A stretch of 64,000 nucleotides of DNA, from NCBI GenBank assembly GCA_013265495.1, contig MU057809.1:1043062-1107061 (forward strand). The letters run 5' to 3'. The DNA comes from Vicugna vicugna (lineage: Eukaryota). Position numbers and translations under genes: made by a program. The notes beneath the pieces are model-generated. The model did no database searches. It worked only from the letters and a program-made list of their open reading frames with translations, and had not been told where the DNA came from. This document shows positions 27,291-39,348 of this stretch, piece after piece; the first letter of the stretch is position 1; the number at the start of each line of letters is the position of its first letter.

Positions 27291-27939
27291 CTATGCACAC
27301 GCATTTCTAGGAAGATATGTAAGGCTTTACCAGGTATTGTCGAGGAAGACAGACACAGGGTGACAGCAGCACCACCCGGCTGCCCACCTCTGGGGCAGCC
27401 CTCAGCCCCACTCTGAGAATGGTATCATGTCCCGGTGGCCGGCAGCTGTGACACAGGGCGAGGCTGGGCGAGGCCACCCGAGGAGGCCAGGTGGGGAGGG
27501 GAAGACCTCTCTCCCCTCCCGCCCCCTCCGCTGCAGAGCCGGTGTTTATGCTGACACTCCCTGACGCTGCGCCGCCCACCCCGGCCTCCCCGGGCCAGGC
27601 CCACAGCACCTGCCCCCAGCCCCGAGACCCAAGCAGACCGACACAGCCTGGGCTGGTCCTGGCAGCCTGCAGGCCCTTGACAAGCTCAAGAAATGGCTCC
27701 TTCCCAAAATGAAGGCTTGGAAAAGCGTCCCCACCCACTCCTGACCTCAGTCCCAGTCACCCCGAGGCCTTGGCTTCCTCTCACAGCTCGCCATGCACAC
27801 TGATCAGCGCCGACCACAGACCAGCGAGACTGAGGTGGGACCACGTGCATGGGGTAGCCGCTGCCACAACGGACGTTGTCACCAGCAACTGCAGCGCCCC
27901 AGAGGGCCCCCCAGGCCCCCAGTCATATCCCAACCCAGG

Positions 27940-29400
27940 ACTTAAGGAGCCACTCGCCCACCTCTGTCACTACAGGTCAGTTTTGCCTTTTATAAAATTT
28001 CAAATAAATGGCATCAAAATAGTGCGAACTCAGCAAGCTGCCTTCTTTCGCCCAGTAAGAGGCCCGAGCGCCTGCACAGAGCACACACCTGTTCACCGCC
28101 AGGCCGGGCTCCACCGCGTGGACAGCACCGATCCACCCACCCGACGGACCCTTCGGCCAGTCCGTGCTTGGGCCATCATGAATGAAGCCACCGTGAACAC
28201 TCACAGACGAGTCTCTGTGGGTCGCACGTCCTCACCTCTCTCGGGTGAGCGTCCAGGAGTGGACCCGCTGCTCCCGCCGGCCGCAGACAGAGAGCTGCCC
28301 GGCTGTCTCCGGAGCGGCTGTGTGGGTCCTGCAGAACCAGCCGCGGACGAGGGTCCTGGCTCCACGCCTTCACCAGCGGCTGCAGCCATGCCGGGCCAGA
28401 GCACTGCTCCGCGGTGACCCTAACCTGCACTCCCAGTGACGAAGGACACCAAGTCCTTCTTTACCACTCACACATCTTTTTCCGTCCAGTTACCTGTTCA
28501 AAGCCTTTCAGCCGTTTTTCCAATTTGGTCATCTTACCAACTTGGAAGAATTCTTCTCATATTCTGGATAAAAGTCCCCAGTCAGACGGGCACAGTGAAA
28601 ATATTTTCTCCCCTTCTGTGGCTTGCCTTATTTTTTTTTAAGTCTTTTGAAAGCAAAAGTTTTCAATTTGAATGAAATCCAACTTACCAAAGTTTTTCAT
28701 CTGTGGTTTGTGCTTTTTGTGTTCTCAGGACTCTTTGCCAAAAACAAGTTTGCAGAAGTTTGCTTTTACATTGAAGCCTGTGCCCCGCAGAGTTTGTGTG
28801 GAGTGAGGCTTCTGTATCTGTCTACGCATCTACCCTGTTGTTCCAGCGCCGTCTGCTGACCCTCTCCCAGTGAATTACCTTGTCATCTTTGACAAAAGCC
28901 ACTTGCCTCTACATTCTTGGGTTAGTCCCAGACTTCCTGCTCTGTCACTGATTCACGCGTCCGTCCATACCCCGCCGCCACCCCGTCTCGATCGGTGCAG
29001 TCGACAGGGTGCCCGCGGTCAGCCCCCATCGGCCCTGGCACCCACTCCCCTTCTCAGCTCTCACAGCCACTCTGGGGCCTCCCACTTCCACAGAAATTTT
29101 AGGATCAGTTCGTTGATTTCTACCAAAAGAGCCTCCTGGGACTCTGACTGGGATTGTGTTGAACGTACGGATCAATTTCAGCAAACTGATATCTTAACAA
29201 TATTGATCCTTCCAATCTATGAACACAGCATCTCCCTCCATTCACCTGTATCATCATCAGGTTGTCTTTAACTTCTCTCAGCAACATCTCATCGTTTTCA
29301 GTGCACGGCTCTTACGCACATTCTGTTCAATTTATCCGAGTACCTCACAGACACAGCTAAGGGTGTGATCCCCAAACTGGGACGAGAATGGCCACTTCCG
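27940..29400 (-). mobile_element. Old L1M 3' UTR and ORF2 fragments
   Basis: Antisense L1 motifs such as gaaattttaggatcagttcgttgatttctacc and ttaacaatattgatccttccaatctatgaacac. Confidence 0.7.
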
Positions 29401-32400
29401 TGCGTATTCCTAACCTCTGCGAGCCACAGAGCCCCTGAGAACCTGAGAGGGCCTACCGCCGCCCACAGAGGAGAGCGGTGCAGACATACTCGGTCTAAAC
29501 GCCAGAAGCTCAGACCCCAGGGACTTAACGACCTTAAAGAGGCTGGCCAGCAGCAGAGCAGATGTGGGCCAGTCAAGGGCCAGCGAGAACTGTCAGGCCA
29601 CAGGCCCTCACACCCCTGCTCACCGAAACCCTGGCTGCGGCGGCAAGCCCCAGGGTGGAACGGCAGTGGGCCAAGGAGGGCCACAGGCAGCAGGCCTGAA
29701 CCACGAGTCCAGAGGGACCCACCAGCAGCTCCACCCAGCAGCTCCAAGGTTGCAGGGAGCCAGGATCACTGGGGGGAGTGCCACCTAGTGGTAGCAGCTC
29801 TCTGAAACCCATGGTGACACTGGACAACAGCCAGCAGCTGGAGTCCTGACAGGCCCCAAGTGAGCACAGTTACGGCAGTGCCTTGACTCTAGGACCAAAC
29901 AGATGCACGCCCACCCAGCCAGGCCAAAACCTCTGCTCCTAGGGCAACCGTTGGGCCTCTGCCATCGGCCGGAGCCGGCTGATCACGCTTTGGGGGAGTG
30001 GGCCTCTGAACCAGCACACGAAACCACACGTCTACACCACACATCCGCACATGTGCTAGAAAGCCCTTCCACTTACAGATGTGGAAACTAAAGCATAAAG
30101 GCGAACCCACAACACAGGAGGGCTAAGCTGGGGCCAGACCGACGTCTAGCCACAGTCAACAGGGTCTGACAGCCCCACAGTCACTCCCACTGCTCTGCAT
30201 GCCGCGCAGGTGATGAAGGCGTCCCTCCCAGACCCGCCCCTGGTGGGTCCCCCTCCACCCCCAGGCAGCCTCACCTCAGCACACCCGGCCCCCCATGTCC
30301 CTGAGTACCCTGCCCCTCTGCCTGCTCCCACCCCGACACTCAACTTTGTTTAGAAGTGGGCTTGGCCAGGCCACCCCCCTGCTCAGAAATCTCGAATGAA
30401 GCCCAAATCCTGGCAAAACACACAGCCACAATTCTCACGGTATTCGTGGTCAGGCCAAGACTCGAGGCCGGCGCTGGAGAGGCTGACCTGATGGGCCTGG
30501 GTCCAGCCCAGGAGCCTGCACTTGTACCAAACCCCCTGGCTAGTCTGCTGACGGGACATACTTACACCACAAGCCTGACCACCAACTGCCACACAACACA
30601 CGTGCCACTTAAGTGGGGCGCCAGTCACCACGGGGACAGGAAAGGAGAGACGGGGAAGCTAAGGTGTCCAAGGGGCCCCCAGAAGCAGCCCAGGCACCAC
30701 CACCACAAAGCACATGGAAGAAAACCCTCTCCCCACAGGGCCCCTGCTTGGGGCCCCCTGCACACACCACCCCAAGCGCGCAGTCCTGTTTAAGCCCCAG
30801 GAGGACGAGGACCATGAGGAGAGCCCGGGGGCCCCTCCCAAGGGCAAGAAAACTGGCCCGGAGCAGAGCGCTGCCTCCGAGAGGGGCCACCACTAGCAGG
30901 AGGGCAGGACAACACTTCATTCTCCTACCACGGCCGCGCACGCCCCTCCTCTCCAGGCTGACACCAAGCTGGTGCAGGCACCAGCAGCCCCACCTCGGCC
31001 AGCACCCCAGGCTGCCCCTTCCCTCTCTCATCCAGGGCCTGGCCACGAAGGCCAGGCTGAGTGACCACCCCAAAGCCGACCGGGCAGATGCCCACTCGAG
31101 CTGCAAAACTCCACTGGCCCACAGGACAGCCCAGCCGGGTGCGGGGGGTCAGGCTGGGAAGTGGGACCACGAGGGCTCAAGAGCAGCTGCACCTCCCATC
31201 CTGCCCACAGAGCTGACACTGGCACCGTCCTGGCTGCGACGACAGCCGGCTGCATGCCGCCCTCCTGGCCTGACCGAGCTTGAGTGCTCCGAGGCCCAAG
31301 CTGGGCGTTCAAACGCTCCAGCAGCTGGTCTGATCAGGCATGGGGACCTCTGATCTCCCGCACAAGAAAGAAGTCACGGAGGCTCCTGCTCTGACGAGGG
31401 TCCCCTGGGGGCAGGAGGGAAGCCTTCCCGTGAGTTAATAAGCCCAGAGAACAGGAGGAAGCACAAAACGTTCACGTCCTGCTGGCGCCAGCCCTACAGG
31501 AGCCTGGGTTCTGCAGGTGGAGTTCACGAGGAAACAGCAGCCGAGCCTGCCCTCGGGGGCTCAGCGAGGCAAAAAGAGAGCGAAGGGGCACTGTCCAGGG
31601 ACGAACACCTGGAGTCCACAGGGCCGGGGAAGGGGTGCGGGTTCCAGCACAGCAGTCAGACGGCGCAGTCACGGGACAGCTCCTTAAAGACGGTTCTCGG
31701 CCTTGGCCCCGTTCCCCAGAACAGCAGGAAAGAAACCCGAGAAGCCAGTCTTGAAGTCGCACAAGCAGATAAAATAAAAAGCTCTTTAAACCCTGCAGGC
31801 CCCGTACGCGGGCACCTTTGGTGATCCAGAATGATCAACCTTCCCCCACTGCCAGCACCCACCACCCAAGACGGCAGCAGCCAGGCAGAGTCAGTCTGCA
31901 GGGGGCCTGGGCGCCTGGGGGCCTGGGGGCAGCGGTGCAGCAACGCCGAGAAGCGGCCCCAGAAGGACGGGGGGCAGAACAGACGGTCGGCGGCAGGGGC
32001 GGCGGGGCGGTGCCCTCCCTGCCCGGCCGTCCGGCCACCTGGCCGCCACTCGACAGACGAGCGGGGGCCACTGCAGGGGCCTGACGGGAAGTGGTCTTCG
32101 ATTAGTTTTCCGCTTATGCCCCTAAAAACGCTGTCTCTACTCGTTACAAACACCTAAGAGGAAGGACTTCCCCCAAAAGCAGTCTATACAGGAAAGAGTC
32201 TTTCAGGAAAGCCCAACGGCGCAGGGCCAGTCCCTGCCAGCCCGCCACTGAGGGCACCCCGACGTCCGGCAGGTAGTCTCCCAGCTCCTTCGCTCTGCGC
32301 ACATCTCACTGAGCCTCAGTGCCACCAGCAGGGCCTCCGAGGGAGGGAGCCGGGGTGGCAGGGCCCATTCTGCCGAAGGTGCCAACCGTGCAGAGAGGAG

Positions 32401-32433
32401 GTGGGGACTGAAGGCGCCGCGCCCTCCGCTTAC

Positions 32434-32495
32434 CTGACGCTCAAGCCCGTGGTCTGGTCCAGGCTCTCCCAGCTCTGCAGCTTCGACAGCAGCCT
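32434..32495 (-). CDS. MAD1L1: MAD1L1 coding exon 8 (RLLSKLQSWESLDQTTGLSV), 62 nt, phase 0-2; last MAD1L1 exon recognised in the window
   Basis: cttttcAG acceptor, AG|GTAAG donor; cumulative CDS 986 nt. I did not recognise the next exon (expected to start TPEDLSRF-like) in 1-32433, so the gene continues beyond the left edge. Confidence 0.94.
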
Positions 32496-33324
32496 CTGAA
32501 AAGACGTGGAGGTGAGCACTCAGGGCACCAGGCCCCCACATCTCTGTCCAGGGGCCCCACGGCCCTCCTGCCGTCCTCCTCCACGCCCAGTGCACCTTGA
32601 CCCCCGGGCAGACGAGCGCCGAGTAAAACCGGCAGGGACGGCAGCGACACTGAGTCTCCCTGATCCTTCAGAAGAGCCTGCCCTTGCCTCTGGGTCAAAT
32701 GCAGAAACGCTCCAAGCCTGCTCCGAGGCAGGCAGGCTGCTTTCCAGCAGCTGAAGCTGCACTGGGCGCTTGACACCCCCACTCCAGGTCCCTAGCTTGA
32801 AGGTTCCCGGCAGGCCAACAGGACTGCAGGCGGGGGAGGGGCTGGGGCAGGGGACAGCCTCACGGATGGGCCTGAGGTGATATTCTGGGCCCCAGGGAGC
32901 AGGCGCTGGGACTCGCCACAAGGCCCCCCGGGACCAGCCCGCCACCTTCCAGGTGCTCCTCAGGACGCCAACCAGGCAGGTGGACTCACCCTAGAGCCAA
33001 ACTCCCCTCCCCACCCCACCCCCAAACAGCGGACCAGGGCACGTGGCCGCCCAGAGGAACAGGTGGCGGCGGTGGCGTCCCCACCCAGCCCGTATGCAGG
33101 GTGTCCTGCCCCGTGTCCACACCACTGCTCCACACTGACCCACAGTGCACGTTCGAGTCCCACTCCCTTTCCAGAACACAAGCAATGCGAGCGCAAGGAC
33201 CGCGTGCCTTCATCTGCCCTCCAGCCTCCTTCCTGGGCCAAGCACAGCGCTGCCATCACTCAGCCGCTCAAGCCCTCCCGGGGCCCACCACGCGCCGGCT
33301 CGGGCCTGGCTGACAGTCCCGTTA

Positions 33325-33520
33325 CTGCGACGATGCTTAGTGAGCAGCTACCACTGCGGAAGCACTTCACGTAAATCCATTTAATCCTCACAACAGGACA
33401 AAGACGTGGTCATTCCTCACTGCGTAGGTGGACAGAGAAGTTAAGTAACCTTCCAGGGTCACACAGCCAGCAAATACGCAGGGCAGGATTTGAAACCAGG
33501 CAGTGTGATTCTAGACGCAA
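33325..33520 (-). mobile_element. MIR SINE
   Basis: catttaatcctcacaac...agagaagttaagtaaccttccagggtcacacagc...ggatttgaaaccaggcag. Confidence 0.75.
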
Positions 33521-33950
33521 AATCTTAATCTTAACCAATTTCAAAATAAACTGTCAGAGGAAAGCTGCTCAGCTCGGGAACTGTCTCTTCAGGCTAAATT
33601 CCTACATAAGCCAGTGCAGGAGAGAGATTTCTGCTCTGGTCCCATGAATGCCTCAGGCTGGCAGTGAACTCTGGGGTGGGGCAGCCGGCAGGCACTCCGA
33701 CCAGACTGGAAGTGACAGGGAGTGGTGACATGGTTTAAGCCAGGCAGGCCAGAAATGAGGCACCAGAGTGTGACCCTGGGGAGGCCAAGGAGGGACGGGA
33801 GGACCCTGGGCCTGGAGCCAGGGGGCCTTGGTGCTGGCCCAAACTTGTGTGCAGCCCAGCAGCCTCCTTATTTAGCAGACCAGCTGGAACGCAGGACTGG
33901 AACACCCAGGGTCCCCCTCAGACAGAGGACACCCGCGGGGACCAGCTCAC

Positions 33951-34065
33951 CTCCTTCTCCAGCTCCAGGTCGACCAGCGTCTCCTGTATCTTCTCCTGCC
34001 GCCCCAGCTTCCGCTGCAGCCCCTCCAGCTCCTCCCGGAGCAGCCCGTTGGTCTCTCGCAGCTCC
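33951..34065 (-). CDS. MAD1L1: MAD1L1 coding exon 7 ((R)[38 protein letters not shown]), 115 nt, phase 2-0
   Basis: ctgccAG acceptor, GAG|GTGAG donor, MAD1 sequence. Confidence 0.96.
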
Positions 34066-34178
34066 CTGGCAGGGCCAGGAACAAAGTCACTTCCAACAGC
34101 CACGCACGCTGGGGGGCATCCGGGAGCCCCAGGAACAGGGGCAGCACACCCGCGCCCCCTCCCCTCCCAGGCTCTCAC

Positions 34179-34309
34179 CGCAGGCAGGCCGTCTCCTCCC
34201 GCAGCTGCCGCAGCTCCCTCTCCATCGTGGGCAGCCGCACCAGCTCCGACCGCATGTTCTTCACAATCGCGGCGTCCTGCTCCTGCAGGGACAGCTTCTG
34301 CTCCAAGTC
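34179..34309 (-). CDS. MAD1L1: MAD1L1 coding exon 6 ([43 protein letters not shown]), 131 nt, phase 0-2
   Basis: AG/GT boundaries, MAD1 sequence, phase fits. Confidence 0.96.
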
Positions 34310-34689
34310 CTGATTGAGGCCAGGGGCGGAGAAGGGAGAGTCACAGGCAACAAAGCACCCCAGGTCCACACCAACCTCTGCGGCCCCGGCCCCCGCCTCT
34401 GGGCAGCCTGCCCTGGCTGCACAGGGTGTTTCTCTGCGCAGGCTTCCGGCCCCACAGTGCACCATGCCCGTGGGGCAGGAGCCCAGCACACACCTGGCAC
34501 GGGGACACACAGCAGAGGTGCCCCGAATAAACACCCTCCCCTCTCGCACTGGCTTGGCTTGCTGCTCCCACGCGCAGGTGATGCTGAGTCACTCCACAGC
34601 GAGCACAGCCTTTCCTTTACAACATGTAGTCCCCTGGGGCTCCACTGTGACCACCCACAGAACAGGTGTGTGACCAGGACCAAATCAGG

Positions 34690-34830
34690 CAGTCATTCAA
34701 CAAACACTAAGGAGCCCAGCTCTGTGCCAGCTTCTGGGTCGAGTAGTGGGGTCAGTGCAACACAGAAAACAGACGAGGCCTCCACAGGGAAGTGCACAGT
34801 CTGGCAGGAAAGACAGACCTCAGGCCACGC
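34690..34830 (-). mobile_element. L2 3' end fragment
   Basis: cattcaacaaacactaaggagcccagctctgtgccag, typical of an antisense L2 tail. Confidence 0.6.
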
Positions 34831-35559
34831 AGGCAAGTCAATGCTGAGAAGTGGGCGGAGGGCTGCAGACAGGAGGACGGAGCAGGGAAGACGCAGCGGG
34901 GTCGTGTGAAGTGGTGAAGGCCAGGGGAGGAGAGAGGGACAGAACAGCATGTAAAAGACCTGAGGCGAAAGAGAGCGCAGGGGGTCTGGGAGCTGACAAG
35001 GAGCACAGCTGGAGACGGAGGAAGACAAGATGGACCCGGGGAGTCAACAAGGAGCTGGAGCACACGGGCAGGGACACGCGCTGTGGCGCTAGCTCTGAGG
35101 CAGCGGGTAGCCACCCCAGGGACCCGGAGTCCCCGTCCCCCTAGCTCTGCCCTCCTGGTGAAGCGGCATGGCCTCAACTGCAGAGTCGGGACGCCCTGGT
35201 TGCAAGGCCCAGCCCGGCCATGCACTGGCTGTGCGACATCAGGCAGGCTCCCCAGCCTCTCCAACCCTATCTCACAGCGGCCACTGGGACTTGAAGTTGT
35301 ATGTGTACTTTCCGCTCTGTGTATTTGATTTTGGTCTTCATTCAACAGACCACGAGCCTTCTGGAGCAGAAACACGCCTCTTACTGTGGCATCCCCAGCA
35401 CCCAGCATGGGGCCGGGCACAAGGAGACAACCAGCCGTGGGCCCCAGAGGCCGCCGAGCACACCCCCAGCTCAGAAACACCTGCAGGTGGCAGGAGGGCT
35501 GACACCACCACTGCCACTTCCACCAGACATGGGCTGGGGACTGAAACAGAGCAACTCAC

Positions 35560-35641
35560 CCTAATCCTCTGCTCTTGGTCCACCCTCGCGTCTTGGCAGG
35601 CCTGGAGTTCCTGAAGCTTCTGATTAGCTTCCTGCCACTTT
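35560..35641 (-). CDS. MAD1L1: MAD1L1 coding exon 5 ((R)KWQEANQKLQELQACQDARVDQEQRIR), 82 nt, phase 2-0
   Basis: ttgtcttaatAG acceptor, AGG|GTGAGT donor, phase fits. Confidence 0.95.
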
Positions 35642-36581
35642 CTATTAAGACAAAAGTACATCACATGCAGAAACAGGCATGTGGTGAAGCCATCACGTGC
35701 CCTTGCCATGCAGGCCCAGTAGCACAGACACACACACACTCACACGTGCACGCACACACCCCACAGGGACGCCCCACGGCCAGGACTCCAGCCCTGCTGG
35801 TGCCCTGGGGCCTGAGTCTCAGGGCAAGTGGGCAGGTAGAGACCACCTGCTAGGTCTTCTCGAGCCGCACACCCCACAGGTCTCATCCCTCCCACACCTG
35901 CTCACAACGGCAGCTTCTGCTGGCCCTGGGACAGCCAAAGCCAACGACGCTCTCACAACTCACGCCCTCACTCCACTGAGTGACCAGAACCCTCCTAAGA
36001 CGACACCTGCCGAGCAAGAGGCCACGTCCTCGGGAGTGCTGTGCTCCCCCGACATCTCAGGCGGCTTCTCCCACACCTCCGCGCCTCTGCCTGGAACGTC
36101 CTTTCCCACTCACGTCCCAGCACCGCCCCCAGGCATGTCCTACACAGTCTCTAAAACCCCGCTCAAACAGAACATCTTCTCCAGAAGCTCCACCCACGCA
36201 GACACCCACCCCCAGAGGAGGGAAGAAGTGACTATTCCCTCTTCCTGCTCCTGGAGCACAGAAGACACCACTCCGTCCTGGCACTTATCGTCCCGGCTTC
36301 AGAGGCCTTGGCGTGTCCGCCAGCAGCCTGTGGATGCGGAGGGCAGCAGGCAAAGGGGTCTCGTAGACCCTCGGCGCTCCAGTGCATACAACACACGTGG
36401 GCGCTGGGCGCTCCGGCCACAAAGGGCCCAGGAAAGCAAGTCTGGGTCTCCCACGTGGGTAACAACTGGACATCCGGCTCGGCACACGGCCCAGCAGGCG
36501 TCAGGTGGACGGGGCCAGGCTCTGCTGGCAAAGGCGCAGAGAGTGCTTGTGAGGTGGGGGCCCCGCCTGACCCACACTCAC

Positions 36582-36706
36582 CTGTGCTGCAGGTCCAGCT
36601 GCTCCTTCAGCTCCTGCTTCTCCGACTCCAGGCGCTTCACCTGCATCTCCTGGTTCATGACACTCCATTGCAGCTCCGAGATCCTCCCCTTTAACGCGCT
36701 GATGGT
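36582..36706 (-). CDS. MAD1L1: MAD1L1 coding exon 4 ([16 protein letters not shown]...QLDLQH), 125 nt, phase 0-2
   Basis: cctgcAG acceptor, AG|GTGAGT donor, frame continuous with neighbouring exons. Confidence 0.96.
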
Positions 36707-39168
36707 CTGCAGGCGAAGCCAGACAAGACCTGCTCACCAAGGCCTCCGGCACATGAACGGAGGTGAGCCCCTCACACAGAGATGGATGGGACCAGCTGTC
36801 CCGCTCCGGAGGGCTCCTTTGGAGCACACGAAGAGGGCAGACCATACGCCACCCCTCAACCCACCCAAGCCCTGCCTGGTGCTTCCCACCAGCAGACGGG
36901 AAGAGACGGGGTCGTGGTGACAGACAGCCTCAGGGGCAGGAACGCTGCCAGCCAAGACGGGCATGGACCACACACCTGGCGGCCCCTGACCTGGGCCCTC
37001 AATGCCCCATCACCCTAGACCCGCGCAGCCTGGGGCATGCTCTGCCCAGTTCTCCCTCCACACTGCTCTCGTCCTTCGGCCTGGGATCCCTTCTACAACC
37101 ACCCCAAGCCCGTGCCACCACTCCAGCTACACAGAGATGCCATCTATGAACCAAGCCAGGCACAAAGTCAGCAGCGGGTCACTGAGGCTGTGCTCAGGAC
37201 AACACCTGGAGAGCTACACTGGGCAAACAGTGCTGAAGGAGTGCCGCAGAGGCTGAGACGCCCCCAGGCCGGAGTGATCCTGAAGGAAAGCAGTGGGAGG
37301 ACTGCGGAGGCTGCCCAAGGGCAGGCCTCCAGGACGGTGCCTGCGGAACACACGGGGCAGAACCCTGTCCTTAGCTTGGACCACACCCTCACCAGACAAT
37401 CTTCTGGTGATCAGACTCCACGTGTGGCTTTCCTCGGGCAAGGCAGCGCACCAGCCAAGCCGACAGAAAAAGCCAGCCGCTCAGGAGGGTCCCCTCAAGA
37501 CAGTGAGTGAGCCAGACATCAACCCACGAGCCGAGAGCAAGGGAACAGACCGCCACGCTTGCCACCATGAGTGACACCTGCGGGGAGCCCTCTGCAAACA
37601 GGGGGCCACCACACGCCCTCCCCAGTCCAACCCAGGGCAGACGGGGGGTCTGTGTCCCACCCTCTTACCAAGCCACGTGCCCCTTTGCAACAACTGTGAC
37701 TATCAGTCTGGGAACCAAAAAAGAATGAAGGTACTAAAGCGACATTTAACAGTGAACGTGGCCTTTGAGAACTCTTCCTGAATGAAGTAATGCACAACGC
37801 TGTGCTGAACGCGGGGGTCAGGCGGCCCGCCCCACGGACGGCAAGGCTGGGGGGAAGCCAGGCCACCAGCAGGATGACCTCAGAGACCACGAGCACCTGA
37901 ACCAGGCACCGTGAGAAAAGAGCGCAGCTGCAGGGCGGGGGCCGCAACCCTAGACTCAGTGACCAGGGCAGCTTCTCCGAGGGGTGAAAAGCAAGAGGAG
38001 TAGCATCCGGGTCTCCTTCCAGCTGGCCACAGCCTCTGCCACGCTGGCCCTCTCGGCAGCTGCTCCCTGATAAGGGTCCCCCTTGCTCTTCAGTGAACCT
38101 GTGCGGGACCCGCCCTCCCCGGGGGCCCTGCCTGCCTCCAGAACACAGCCCGGAACGGAGCCCAGGCAGGCGCACGCCACAGGTGGGAGGAGGGCTTGTC
38201 GTAGGCCAGCCACAGCTCCCCTCCTGCCAACGTCCACATCAGAAGGCAGGTGTAGGAATGACCTTAACACGCGCTCCAGCGTTCCCGGGGGAAAAATGAC
38301 CTGCAGCCTGCCCGAAGGCCTACCAAGGAGAGGAAGCCGGGCAGAGGCGGGATGCCAGGGACCCGGCCCCGCCCCTGCCTGGCAGCGTTTCACCCTCTTC
38401 CTCGCAGCACCTGTGGTCCTGAGCAGCGCAGCAAAGGGACAGGGAAGCTCAGAGGGGCCCCATTTCCACCAGCATCAATCTCTGGGCTGTTTCTAAAATG
38501 TACGCAGCCTTCAGTCGGGGGACGCAGCAGGGACTACGGTGCAACTATGCTGTGCCAGAGCTGCTCTCAGACGCTAACAGGCCTCGCTAACAGCCAAAGA
38601 CATGCAAGCCCAGAGGCACCCACTCATGCCTTCTGGGGACAAAAACTACTTTCAGAAAACAGCACTGCCCACGGGTCGGGTCGCAGTGACACTAGCGCCT
38701 CCAAGGCGGCGGCCGGCACACAGCAGCAGTGGGCAGCCTAGGCCAGGGGGCTGCCAGCGGCCTCACAGCCCCACTCCCAGCCGCCTGTCCCAGTGAGCAC
38801 GGCAACAAGCAAGAAGGCTGTAAGCGCGACGCCCTCCCCCAATGCGCATCTGCATCAGGGTGCGGGCACACGGACCAACCAGGCGTCTGAAGATGACAAA
38901 GAACGATTAGTCAGCCACTAACCAGGTTAGTCAACTCCTAACACTCCTAATTACAAAGACTAAGAAAATGTTCGCCTTACTAACCGAAAACCACAGGAGG
39001 AAAAGTTAATACTTTCACGACGACCACAACCATGCAGAAAGGGAGCAGAGTCAGACAGCGGGACGCTCCCGGAGCTGCAGCGGCGGCCGCGGGGCGCACT
39101 CGCCCTCCTCCCTGGAAAAACAGCCGGTGGGGAGAGGGCGGCACCCTGGGCCGAGCCACAGCCCTCAC

Positions 39169-39348
39169 CTCGCCGGCCTCGGCCAGGCCGTCCTCCTTCT
39201 CCCGCAGTCTCCTGCCGGCCGCGTCCAGGCTCTGCTGGCACAGCCTGTGGCGCTCCAGCTGCTCCTTCATCTTCTCCTCCGCCTCGGCCTCCCGCTCCTG
39301 CAGCTGCCGGATGCGCGTCAGGAGCTCCTGGTTGCGGTCCACCTCGCG
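39169..39348 (-). CDS. MAD1L1: MAD1L1 coding exon 3 ([10 protein letters not shown]...GLAEAGE), 180 nt, phase 0-0
   Basis: tctgcAG acceptor, GAG|GTGAG donor, MAD1 coiled-coil sequence. Confidence 0.97.

Noticed and set aside
33722-34909. 395-aa plus-strand ORF
   Set aside because: Antisense shadow of two MAD1L1 coiled-coil exons plus GC-rich intron and L2 sequence; no ATG context, recognisable domain or protein-like composition.
35697-36920. 407-aa plus-strand ORF
   Set aside because: Pro/Ser/Thr/Arg-rich translation of GC-rich intron overlapping a MAD1L1 exon in antisense; expected where stop codons are rare.
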